A stretch of DNA of 62,851 nt from Minisyncoccota bacterium (GCA_031291905.1 JARLIC010000029.1:1-62851), one strand, 5' to 3'; counted from the first letter of the stretch, positions 28,955-36,478 are shown. Notes: generated by a model not told the origin, from the letters alone. Made by a program: numbers and translations.

Positions 28955-29170
28955 TCACGCCCTCCCGCTCTCGTCATTCTGCAGCATCTTATCGCGGATC
29001 TGCTTCTTGAGATCCTCTTCGCTTATGCCTTCAAGGCGCCGCAGGACCCTCTCGAGCCGTTGCACGCGATTGTGGAGATGCATGACCATGAAGATCAGGT
29101 ATACCAGGACCGCCGCGAGAATGCCGATCCCCCACCACGGTATGAACATATCATCATTATACCATATCAT
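28955..29170 (-). CDS. small single-TM protein
   Basis: WWGIGILAAVLVYLIFMVM helix followed by a charged tail; translationally packed in the cluster. Confidence 0.45.
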   Translation of the reverse strand: MIWYNDDMFIPWWGIGILAAVLVYLIFMVMHLHNRVQRLERVLRRLEGISEEDLKKQIRDKMLQNDESGRA

Positions 29171-29225
29171 AAAGAAGGGAAGAAGGGTTCAGGGAAAAAG
29201 CATAAAGGAAGAAAAAAAGCGCTTT

Positions 29226-29738
29226 CTACTCGATCACCCCGATCTCCCGCAGGAATGCCTCGTAATCGCGCATGGTCCGTTCCGCGTCCTGCGGCGTGAC
29301 CATGAATCCCGGCGTATGCACAAGGTCGTTCCTCATGCGGTGCGCGCGCCAAATCCTCGGCATGCTCTCGATGTCGTCGGACTCGAGGTTCGAAAGGCGG
29401 TCGGCAAGATGCTCGCCCTCGATCTGCATATTCTTGAGCGCGGCATCCACGAGCGAATCCGCCTCGATGATCGCCACGCGGGCGGCCTCCGGCGTCCCGA
29501 GCGCGAACTTCGCCGCCGTGGCGTGCCACCGCTCCCTCATCACGATATCGTGCATCGTTTCCTTGTGGACCGCGGGACCGGTCTTTTCCTTCGGCCTATA
29601 GTCCGGATGGAAACGCGATGCTTTACGGAACACATACACGAAGCCGACCACGAGTACGATGTCGACGATGATGAAGATCGCCGCGACGATATCGTAGACG
29701 AGCCATGCAGTACCGAAGAACGAGGAAGTGGGTGTCAT
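29226..29738 (-). CDS. hypothetical membrane-anchored protein
   Basis: N-terminal TM helix (AWLVYDIVAAIFIIVDIVLVVGFVYVF) plus a soluble helical domain. No family recognised. Confidence 0.55.
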   Translation of the reverse strand: MTPTSSFFGTAWLVYDIVAAIFIIVDIVLVVGFVYVFRKASRFHPDYRPKEKTGPAVHKETMHDIVMRERWHATAAKFALGTPEAARVAIIEADSLVDAALKNMQIEGEHLADRLSNLESDDIESMPRIWRAHRMRNDLVHTPGFMVTPQDAERTMRDYEAFLREIGVIE

Positions 29739-29743
29739 TGGTG

Positions 29744-31090
29744 TTATCGATATTTTTCAACCTCTTCTTCCCCGCCGTAGATCGGCAATCCCGCAGGCGG
29801 TCCGGCCTTCTTGCTTTCCACGCGCTTCACATGCGGTGCGGTGAGCACGAGCCATGTTGGCGGATGAAAGAGCGTTGCGAGCGAGCGCGAGCTCAGCATA
29901 ATGGTCTGTGAACTCACCGGGTTGAGCCACCTCGAAAGGATCTGCATGCCCATATCCGTCTTGGGAGGAGTCGCGCGTTCGCGGAAGTTCATCAGCATGC
30001 GCTCCTTGCGGAGGAGGGTGCGCTTCTCAGGAAAGATGTGCGGCCATACCCACATCTTGGTGCCCGTGCCCGTCTCATAGTTCGGCACGAACGAATTCAT
30101 GTTCGTGGACGAATACTGGTTGAACGCGCCGAGGATCCCCTGGCGTGCAAGCGGGTTGAAGAAAAGCTCCTTGGGGGAAGCATAGATGAAGCGGATGATG
30201 GTTTCGAACCCGGGCTTTGCGAGATTCTCCTCGATCGCCTTCAGGGTGTCCGTCTCGCCCGGCGTCCTTGCAAGCACTTTTTCGCCCTCCGTTTTCGCAT
30301 CGGTCTTCACGGTCTCGAATGTCGGTAGGATGTGCGGGAAGTCCATATGGATCTTCGCGCCAGGCGCCTTCCCCCCAATGGTCTTTTTTGTGCTCAATTC
30401 CTCGACGACTTTCTCGCCGTGCTTCTTCCAGGCGTCGGCCAATGGGGAGATCACTATCTGGATGGCCAGGGTCTCCTCCCGTTTCGCCTTTCCGAGCACC
30501 TCGAGGAAAAGCGAGATCGGGTCGTACTGTTTTTCCTCCTCGGGAGCTTCGAAATCGAGATAGCTCTTGATTGGATAGGCTCCCGGCTTGTTGAGGAGCA
30601 GTTCGATGCCCCAAAGGTCGTAGCCGCTCTCGTAAAGCTCCGTGACGTTCTCGGGGAGATCCTTCACGTAATCCTCCACCTCGGCGACCTCCACGTCGGG
30701 ATAGTATGCGAAGAACGCGGCCTCGATGAGGGTCTGCTGTTTGCGGTAGGCGCGGATATAGAAATGGATCTCGCCGCCGAGGCTGACGAGTTCGAGCGAA
30801 TACGTGAGCGTCACTTCCCCGCTGACCCATTTTTCTTTGGGGTCGCCCGGGACGTTGCGGAGCGAATGGATGGCGGCAAGCACTTGTTCCATCGCCATCG
30901 GACTCTTGCGCACTTCGCGCGGCAAGCGCAGTTCAAGCAGGACGAAATCGATATCGCGCTTGAACATCTCCTGGCGCCAAAAAAGCCACGTGTCGGTGAA
31001 CAGCGGGAAAAAGATCATGAAAATCCAGAACCACCACGTGTAATAAAGGACGGTGCCCGCGTCTTGAAGAATGGATAGGACTATCGCCAT
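29744..31090 (-). CDS. hypothetical membrane protein (2 N-terminal TM helices and a large soluble domain)
   Basis: The ATG at 31090 lies 8 nt after a TATAAT box (31099-31104); the ORF-track start at 31099 is a TTG. No family recognised. Confidence 0.6.
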   Translation of the reverse strand: MAIVLSILQDAGTVLYYTWWFWIFMIFFPLFTDTWLFWRQEMFKRDIDFVLLELRLPREVRKSPMAMEQVLAAIHSLRNVPGDPKEKWVSGEVTLTYSLELVSLGGEIHFYIRAYRKQQTLIEAAFFAYYPDVEVAEVEDYVKDLPENVTELYESGYDLWGIELLLNKPGAYPIKSYLDFEAPEEEKQYDPISLFLEVLGKAKREETLAIQIVISPLADAWKKHGEKVVEELSTKKTIGGKAPGAKIHMDFPHILPTFETVKTDAKTEGEKVLARTPGETDTLKAIEENLAKPGFETIIRFIYASPKELFFNPLARQGILGAFNQYSSTNMNSFVPNYETGTGTKMWVWPHIFPEKRTLLRKERMLMNFRERATPPKTDMGMQILSRWLNPVSSQTIMLSSRSLATLFHPPTWLVLTAPHVKRVESKKAGPPAGLPIYGGEEEVEKYR

Positions 31091-31116
31091 ATTCTGCAAT
31101 TATAAACCTTCAAATC

Positions 31117-31206
31117 CCAAATAGCTAAATACCAAATAAGGACCAATATCCAAGTTGAAAATTTCAAAATCGGAAGTCGGTCCTTATTTGGTATTTAGCT
31201 ATTTGG
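31117..31206. repeat. 28 bp perfect inverted repeat made of two copies of the ~32 nt motif, with a 34 nt loop
   Basis: CCAAATAGCTAAATACCAAATAAGGACC at 31117-31144 and its reverse complement at 31179-31206. Confidence 0.65.
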
Positions 31207-31227
31207 AGCCCGTAACTTACGCGAGGC

Positions 31228-32274
31228 TTAGGACTCGCGGACGCGGTACTTGCCGTCCGACATGCGCTCGAAGAAGCTGCGGTTCTGGAGGTTGATGAGG
31301 ATTGTATTCGGTTTGAAGAAGCGCTGCTTGTTCACCGCATCCATGACCTCGGCGGTGTTCATCGAACCCTTGGTCTTGAGGATCTTCGCGATCACCTCGC
31401 GCGCGGTGCCCGGCTCGTAGCCGTGCTCCTGGAGGCCGTAAAGTCCGCGGCCGACCAGGACGAAACGCTCGTCTTTGATGAGCTCGTTGTGCACCGTCGG
31501 CGCAAGCGCCTTCTCGTCGTCGAATTTCGCCTTATTGATATGTTTCGCGATGTCCTCGAAGTGGAGCGGTTCGCCGTGCTTCTTGAGCACGAGATAGATC
31601 TTGTCGCGCACCGTGGCGGGGCTGATTTCCGGCCACTCGCGAAGTCCGACGTCGCCGTACGGATTCTGGTGGATGTGCTTCGAAACGCCGAGGTAATTAT
31701 CGGCGACGGGGCGCTCGAACGACTTCGTCCGCAGGAAGCTTGCGAGCTGGACCTCGTACGATTCGGCGAGCACTTTCTCCTTGCGGCCCTTCAGGAACGC
31801 GACCCAGCCCTCGACGAACGTCCGTGCGCCCTTGAGGTCTTTGTCGGTGACATAGTAAAAAGGATGGAATGCGTCGTCCTCGCGATAGAGATGGAACACG
31901 CCGGAGGCGTCGGCGAGGAAATCGATCTGATTCTCCTTGGCGCCCGGGGCGATCGTTGCCGCAAAGCGGACCACTTCGGCCTTCTTTGTAATGCCGCCCT
32001 TGCCGGCGATGTATTTCTTCACTTTCTCAATGGCCGCCTCGAGCTCGGAACTCTTACCGATGTTCCGTTTGATGATCACAATGGCGCCATTCTCGATCTG
32101 ACGCACACGCTCGCGCGTCACATGCAGCTTCTCACCGATCGCGGCGAGGGTCTGCCCCGTTCCCCCGTTCAGTCCGAAGCGGGCCGAAATAACCTCCTTT
32201 TGGCGGGGATTGAGACCGGCGATGGCGGTATTGATGAGTTTGTTGATGGATGTCATAGTGGCTATTATAGACAA
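31228..32274 (-). CDS. sigma-70 region-4-like HTH plus C-terminal HARE-HTH domain protein (no sigma region 2)
   Basis: N-terminus LNPRQKEVISARFGL..TLAAIGEKLHVTRERVRQIENGAI. C-terminal part reads VRDKIYLVLKKHGEPLHFEDIAKHI...TVHNELIKDERFVLVGRGLYGL. Confidence 0.6.
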   Translation of the reverse strand: MSIIATMTSINKLINTAIAGLNPRQKEVISARFGLNGGTGQTLAAIGEKLHVTRERVRQIENGAIVIIKRNIGKSSELEAAIEKVKKYIAGKGGITKKAEVVRFAATIAPGAKENQIDFLADASGVFHLYREDDAFHPFYYVTDKDLKGARTFVEGWVAFLKGRKEKVLAESYEVQLASFLRTKSFERPVADNYLGVSKHIHQNPYGDVGLREWPEISPATVRDKIYLVLKKHGEPLHFEDIAKHINKAKFDDEKALAPTVHNELIKDERFVLVGRGLYGLQEHGYEPGTAREVIAKILKTKGSMNTAEVMDAVNKQRFFKPNTILINLQNRSFFERMSDGKYRVRES

Positions 32275-32299
32275 GTGTCAGTAATAAGTCAAGCGATAC

Positions 32300-33208
32300 T
32301 TAGGAGGCTTTTGTTTTGTCTTGCTGGGGACTGATAAGCACAAGCGCGGGACTCGCGATGAAGATGGAGGAATAGATGCCCGTGACGACACCGACGAGCA
32401 GTACGAGCACGAAATACCGCAGATCGGCGGGACCCATGAAGTAGAGTGCGAGGAGCACAAGGATGAGCGTGAGCGAAGTATTGACCGAGCGCGCGATGGT
32501 CTGGTTCACGCTGTCGTTCACGATCGTATCGAACGGCGTCTTGCCGCGATGGTTCATGATATTCTCGCGGATGCGGTCGAATACCACGATCGTATCGTGG
32601 ACGGAAAAACCCATCACGACGAGCAGCGCGACGATTGAGTTGCTGTCGATCTCCACGTTGCTGACATGACCAAGGATGGCAAGGAGTCCGGCCGGAATGG
32701 CGACGTCATGGAACAATGTGAGAAGCGTGATCCATCCGTACTTCCACGAGCTGATCGGGCGCGACGCCTTGCGGAACGCGAACGCGATGTACAGCGAGAT
32801 GCCGATCAGCACGAGGATGATCGCGATGATCGCGGAGCGGAGCAGGCTCGCACCCACCGACGGGCTTATCGACTGGAAGCTGAGCTCCTGGAGCGACGGC
32901 CACGTTCCCTTGAGGGCGGTGAGGTCCGCCTGGTGCGCATCCTCGGTGACCGTACCGAACCGCACGAGGAAGGTATGATTGGTCGCGTCGTAGTTCGTCT
33001 GCGCATCCGGGATGTGCAACGCGTTCACGAACTCGCTCTGCACGTCCGCGGTGGAAAGGCTCTGGGCCGGCACCGAGAACTCCCACAGCGTCCCCCCTTT
33101 GAACTCGGCACTCTCTTTGAAGTGGAACGTGGCAATCGAAACAAGCGCGATGCCGACAAGGATCGTCGAGAACGTGAACCAGATTTTTTTATGACCTACG
33201 ATGTTCAT
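32300..33208 (-). CDS. secF: protein translocase subunit SecF
   Basis: 302 aa, 6 TM helices, SecD/SecF C-terminal motifs (DTIVVFDRIRE). Confidence 0.95.
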   Translation of the reverse strand: MNIVGHKKIWFTFSTILVGIALVSIATFHFKESAEFKGGTLWEFSVPAQSLSTADVQSEFVNALHIPDAQTNYDATNHTFLVRFGTVTEDAHQADLTALKGTWPSLQELSFQSISPSVGASLLRSAIIAIILVLIGISLYIAFAFRKASRPISSWKYGWITLLTLFHDVAIPAGLLAILGHVSNVEIDSNSIVALLVVMGFSVHDTIVVFDRIRENIMNHRGKTPFDTIVNDSVNQTIARSVNTSLTLILVLLALYFMGPADLRYFVLVLLVGVVTGIYSSIFIASPALVLISPQQDKTKAS

Positions 33209-33240
33209 TGGATCTTGTTTGGGATTTAGCTATTTGGAGT
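33209..33240 (-). repeat. copy of the recurrent ~32 nt motif (ACTCCAAATAGCTAAATCCCAAACAAGATCCA)
   Basis: Spans the last secD codons plus the TAG stop and ends at the secF ATG. Confidence 0.5.
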
Positions 33241-34486
33241 TCGGTGCTTGCGCCGCCGCCGGTTTATCTTTTATGAACAGCCTCAGGAACAACCGGGTCG
33301 TCGTGATGGCGCTGAAAAGGCTCACCACCACACCGATAAGGAGCGTGAGCGCGAATCCGCGCACAAAGCTCGAGGTGAAGTAATAAAGGATGATCGCGGT
33401 GATGATTGTGGACATGTTCGAGTCGCGGATGGACGGCCATGCGCGGCGGAACCCTTCCTCCACCGCCGAAGCGTGCGGGAGGCCCCGTTTCAGCTCCTCT
33501 TTGATGCGCTCAAAGATGAGCACGTTGGCATCCACGGCCATGCCGATGGTAAGGATGAAGCCGGCGAGACCCGCGAGCGAGAGCGTGATCGGGATCACCT
33601 TGAAGACGCCGAGGGTAAGTGCGACATAGATGACAAGCGCGAGTGCCGCGAAAAGTCCGAAAAGGCGGTAATAGAAGATCATGAAAAGCATCACGAGCAA
33701 CGTGCCGATCAATCCCGCGAACGCCACTTCCTTCAACGAGTTGGTGCCGAGCGTGGGGCTGATCGTCTGCTGGCTTACGAGCGTGATCGGCGCAGGCAGT
33801 GCGCCGGCGTTGAAGCGCTGGGCGAGCTGCTGGGCCGAAGCGATCGTGAAGCCGCCGCTGATCACCGCCTTGCCGTCGGGAATTTCCTCCTGCACCGTGG
33901 GCGCCTCGATCAACTGGTTGTCGAGGAAGATTGCAAGCGGCTTGCCGACGTTCGCCTTCGTCATCTCATCGAAGATCTGCGAACCATCCTTATTGAAGGT
34001 GACCGTGACCTGCGGCGCGTTCGTCGTCTGATCGAAGGTCATCTGCGCGCCGGTGATGTACTGGCCCGTAAGATTCGTATAAATGTACTGTGATGTCGAG
34101 CCGTTGGTCTCAACCTCGCGGAAGTCCAAAAGCGGCGTCTGGCCGATCTGATTGATCGCGTCGTTCACGTTGTTCACGCCGGCGAGCTCGACGATGAGCT
34201 GTGCCTGATTGCCCGATTGTGCGGTATATATCTGCGGCTCGCTCACGCCGAAGAGGTTGACGCGTTTGTCGATGACGTCGCGGAGACCGGCGATCACCGA
34301 ACTCTGGTCGGTGGAAGAAACATTCGAAAGGTCGACCTGGTACACGAGATGGCTTCCGCCCACGAGATCAAGCCCGAGCTTCCACGGCATCCACTTTGTA
34401 CCGATCCCCTTCGGATAGACAAAAATACCCGCCATGACGGCGACGATTACGATCAGTGATAAGAATAGGCCCGGATGGCGCCTCAT
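33230..34486 (-). CDS. secD: protein translocase subunit SecD
   Basis: 418 aa, periplasmic P1 domain, C-terminal TM bundle with DANVLIFERIKEE. Confidence 0.95.
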   Translation of the reverse strand: MRRHPGLFLSLIVIVAVMAGIFVYPKGIGTKWMPWKLGLDLVGGSHLVYQVDLSNVSSTDQSSVIAGLRDVIDKRVNLFGVSEPQIYTAQSGNQAQLIVELAGVNNVNDAINQIGQTPLLDFREVETNGSTSQYIYTNLTGQYITGAQMTFDQTTNAPQVTVTFNKDGSQIFDEMTKANVGKPLAIFLDNQLIEAPTVQEEIPDGKAVISGGFTIASAQQLAQRFNAGALPAPITLVSQQTISPTLGTNSLKEVAFAGLIGTLLVMLFMIFYYRLFGLFAALALVIYVALTLGVFKVIPITLSLAGLAGFILTIGMAVDANVLIFERIKEELKRGLPHASAVEEGFRRAWPSIRDSNMSTIITAIILYYFTSSFVRGFALTLLIGVVVSLFSAITTTRLFLRLFIKDKPAAAQAPNSK

Positions 34487-34494
34487 AGGAAAAT

Positions 34495-34523
34495 ATGATA
34501 CCAGAGTACAAAAGAAAGTTCAA
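34495..34523 (-). promoter_or_regulatory. sigma70-like promoter of secD (TTGAAC-17-TATCAT), with the ATG 8 nt after the -10 box
   Basis: -35 at 34518-34523, -10 at 34495-34500, secD ATG at 34486. Confidence 0.4.
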
Positions 34524-34539
34524 GGTGCCGGCATTCCAC

Positions 34540-34566
34540 AAAAAAAGGCGCACATTCAAGTGCGCC
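34540..34566 (-). terminator. intrinsic terminator after the 34580-35089 gene
   Basis: GGCGCAC-UUGAAU-GUGCGCC followed by U7 on the minus strand. Confidence 0.65.
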
Positions 34567-34579
34567 ATATGTCCGTTTC

Positions 34580-35089
34580 CTACGCGGTGCCGATTTCCGT
34601 GCCCGCAACCGGGAACGTGTATCGCTTCGGGAAAAGACGCAGTACGATGCGTTCCTTCAGCGAAGGGTCCGGCTTCCCATAGCGAGCCAGGTCATGGATC
34701 GCCACGGAGTGCACGCCGACGATTTCAAGAAATTCCTTGGAGCCATAGGGTTCCATCAGGATAAAACTGGCGCTTTCCGTCCGCGGCAGCTCATCGACGC
34801 CCGTCATGTAATTCTTCCAAAAGACGTGCCTTTCCACAAAGCGGAGACCGAATTCCCCATGCAGTGAACAAAGCGCAACGTTCTTCGGCTCGCCGTACGG
34901 ATCGTCGATTGCGAGCCTGCCGAGATCGACCGGAATCCCTTCGTCAAAAATCTGGGTTGATGGGATTTCGCCCATGAAGACCCACTGCGACGACTGGCAT
35001 ATCTCGGTACGAAATTCGTCCATCGGATAACCTCCTTGTTTGAACAAGGCCCGGACAGCGTTCAGGCCGTAGAACGTCGGATTGCCCAT
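34580..35089 (-). CDS. hypothetical cytoplasmic protein
   Basis: The ATG at 35089 is preceded by AAGGAGG. It has its own promoter and terminator. No family recognised. Confidence 0.5.
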   Translation of the reverse strand: MGNPTFYGLNAVRALFKQGGYPMDEFRTEICQSSQWVFMGEIPSTQIFDEGIPVDLGRLAIDDPYGEPKNVALCSLHGEFGLRFVERHVFWKNYMTGVDELPRTESASFILMEPYGSKEFLEIVGVHSVAIHDLARYGKPDPSLKERIVLRLFPKRYTFPVAGTEIGTA

Positions 35090-35145
35090 AGAAGCCTCCT
35101 TGCCCCATGAAATTGAATGGTGGCGGTTCAATATTACTAATTGCT

Positions 35146-35174
35146 GTTATACCAATACCGATGAAATCGGTCAA
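35146..35174 (-). promoter_or_regulatory. sigma70-like promoter (TTGACC-17-TATAAC) for the 34580-35089 gene
   Basis: -35 at 35169-35174 and -10 at 35146-35151 on the minus strand. Confidence 0.4.
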
Positions 35175-35181
35175 GAACGGG

Positions 35182-35298
35182 GTGGACCTGGGGGGAATCG
35201 CCCGCGAGTCCCCTGCTCGCCGTCGCTCGCAGGGGCTCTGGGCACCGGCTCACAAGATTTTCCTGCTGGAAAATCTTGCTCCGTCGTCCGATTCCCTC
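35182..35298 (-). ncRNA. family B element carrying a 19 nt direct copy of the tRNA-Ala 3' end
   Basis: 35182-35200 is identical to 35351-35369 (the tRNA-Ala 3' end). 35286-35298 is an inverted partial copy of the T arm. The interior has the GGAG-hairpin(CCAGCAGG loop)-TGAG module shared with family A. Confidence 0.45.
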
Positions 35299-35308
35299 AA
35301 TTCATAAG

Positions 35309-35348
35309 CTGATAAAAAAGACGCAGATATCTGCGTCTTTTTTATCAG
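35309..35348 (-). terminator. perfect 18 bp palindromic terminator after tRNA-Ala
   Basis: CTGATAAAAAAGACGCAG-ATAT-CTGCGTCTTTTTTATCAG. Confidence 0.7.
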
Positions 35349-35351
35349 TCG

Positions 35352-35422
35352 TGGACCTGGGGGGAATCGGACCCCCATCTATCGGATGCAAACCGATTGC
35401 TCTGCCACTAAGCTACAGGCCC
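35352..35422 (-). tRNA. tRNA-Ala (anticodon TGC)
   Basis: Hand-folded cloverleaf with acceptor GGGCCTG/CAGGTCC including the G3:U70 Ala identity pair. Anticodon loop is TTTGCAT. T loop is TCCGATT (C at position 55). No CCA is encoded. Confidence 0.88.
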
Positions 35423-35431
35423 GAAGCGAGG

Positions 35432-35464
35432 AGAAAATGAATAAATCCCATTTATTCATTTTCT
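35432..35464 (-). terminator. hairpin terminator after the M50 protease gene
   Basis: AGAAAATGAATAAAT-GGG-ATTTATTCATTTTCT on the minus strand. Confidence 0.5.
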
Positions 35465-35566
35465 ACGAGTAAGGGCATGTGCGCACCGCACCAGGCCCGT
35501 TACCGCACCAGCTTATCAGGAAAAATAATTTTCGTAAACACCCGGATGCTCCCCCGCTGCCGCGGT

Positions 35567-36256
35567 CTATACCCCGAAGATATGCCCGGTGAACACAGCA
35601 AAGAGCGCGTTGATCACCGGAAAGATGACCGAATATCCGAAGAACACGAAGATCAGGACGAGGATCAATCCCCAGCGCTCGAGGAAATACATTATGCGAT
35701 ACGAGGTTTGCGTCGGCGGAAGGACCAGAAAAAGCACTTTAGAACCGTCGAGCGGCGGGATCGGCACGAGGTTGAATATGCCGAGCACGATATTGATATA
35801 GACAATGATGAGAAAAAGGAAGAAGAAGCGTTCGGGCGCGGTGGCAAGCGTGGGAATGCCGCCCGACGCGACCGCATTCCACAAGCCGTTCTTCACGGCG
35901 GAGGATATCGGGAGAAGGACGCTCAGTATCCCGAAAAGGAGCGCGATAAGCAGGTTGGTGACCGGACCGGCAAACGCCACCTTCACGCTGTCCGTCCTCG
36001 GGTTCCTGAGATTGTTCGGATTATACGGGACCGGCTTGGCGCCCGCAAAGAAGAATCCCGTGGTAAAGAACAGAAGGAGCGGCATGATGACCGAAAGGAA
36101 CGGATCGAGGTGCTTCAACGGGTTGAGCGTGAGCCTCCCTGCCCTTTCCGCGGTGTCGTCGCCGAGATGCAGCGCCTCAAAACCGTGCGCCACCTCGTGG
36201 AGGATCGCGGAGTAAATAAGCACGATGAACTCGAATAATGCGATTGCAATTTCCAT
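35567..36256 (-). CDS. site-2 protease family (M50) membrane metalloprotease
   Basis: HEVAHGFEALHLGD HExxH motif, NPLKHLDP motif, LVPIPPLDGSKV motif, polytopic. Confidence 0.85.
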   Translation of the reverse strand: MEIAIALFEFIVLIYSAILHEVAHGFEALHLGDDTAERAGRLTLNPLKHLDPFLSVIMPLLLFFTTGFFFAGAKPVPYNPNNLRNPRTDSVKVAFAGPVTNLLIALLFGILSVLLPISSAVKNGLWNAVASGGIPTLATAPERFFFLFLIIVYINIVLGIFNLVPIPPLDGSKVLFLVLPPTQTSYRIMYFLERWGLILVLIFVFFGYSVIFPVINALFAVFTGHIFGV

Positions 36257-36295
36257 GGGAATAATTATACCATTGAGGCAAGCGGATCGCCTACC

Positions 36296-36370
36296 GCCCT
36301 CGTAGTGAAACGGATATCACGCGTGGCTTCGAACCACGAGCTTGGGGTTCAACTCCTCACGAGGGCACCA
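36296..36370 (+). tRNA. tRNA-Arg (anticodon TCG), CCA encoded
   Basis: Acceptor GCCCTCG/CGAGGGC, anticodon stem CGTGG/CCACG with loop CTTCGAA, T loop TTCAACT, 3' ACCA. Confidence 0.88.
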
Positions 36371-36371
36371 C

Positions 36372-36407
36372 AAACATAAAACACTCCATTCGGAGTGTTT
36401 TATGTTT
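36372..36407 (+). terminator. hairpin terminator after tRNA-Arg
   Basis: AAACATAAAACACTCC-ATTC-GGAGTGTTTTATGTTT. Confidence 0.65.
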
Positions 36408-36418
36408 ACTTGTTCATA

Positions 36419-36478
36419 GTGAGGAGTTGAACGGCGGAGTAATATTTTTCACCAGAGCCGCGGGCAACTCCTCACGAG
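36419..36478 (+). ncRNA. family B-like degenerate element carrying copies of the tRNA-Arg 3' end
   Basis: GTGAGGAGTTGAAC (an inverted copy) and CAACTCCTCACGAG (a direct copy of 36350-36363) flank GGC-GGA-G...GA-GCC. Confidence 0.35.

Noticed and set aside
35182-35298. The element after tRNA-Ala as a second tRNA gene or a tRNA pseudogene with an intron.
   Set aside because: Only the last 19 nt match the tRNA. No acceptor 5' strand, D arm or anticodon arm can be found upstream, so it is not a decayed full-length tRNA copy.
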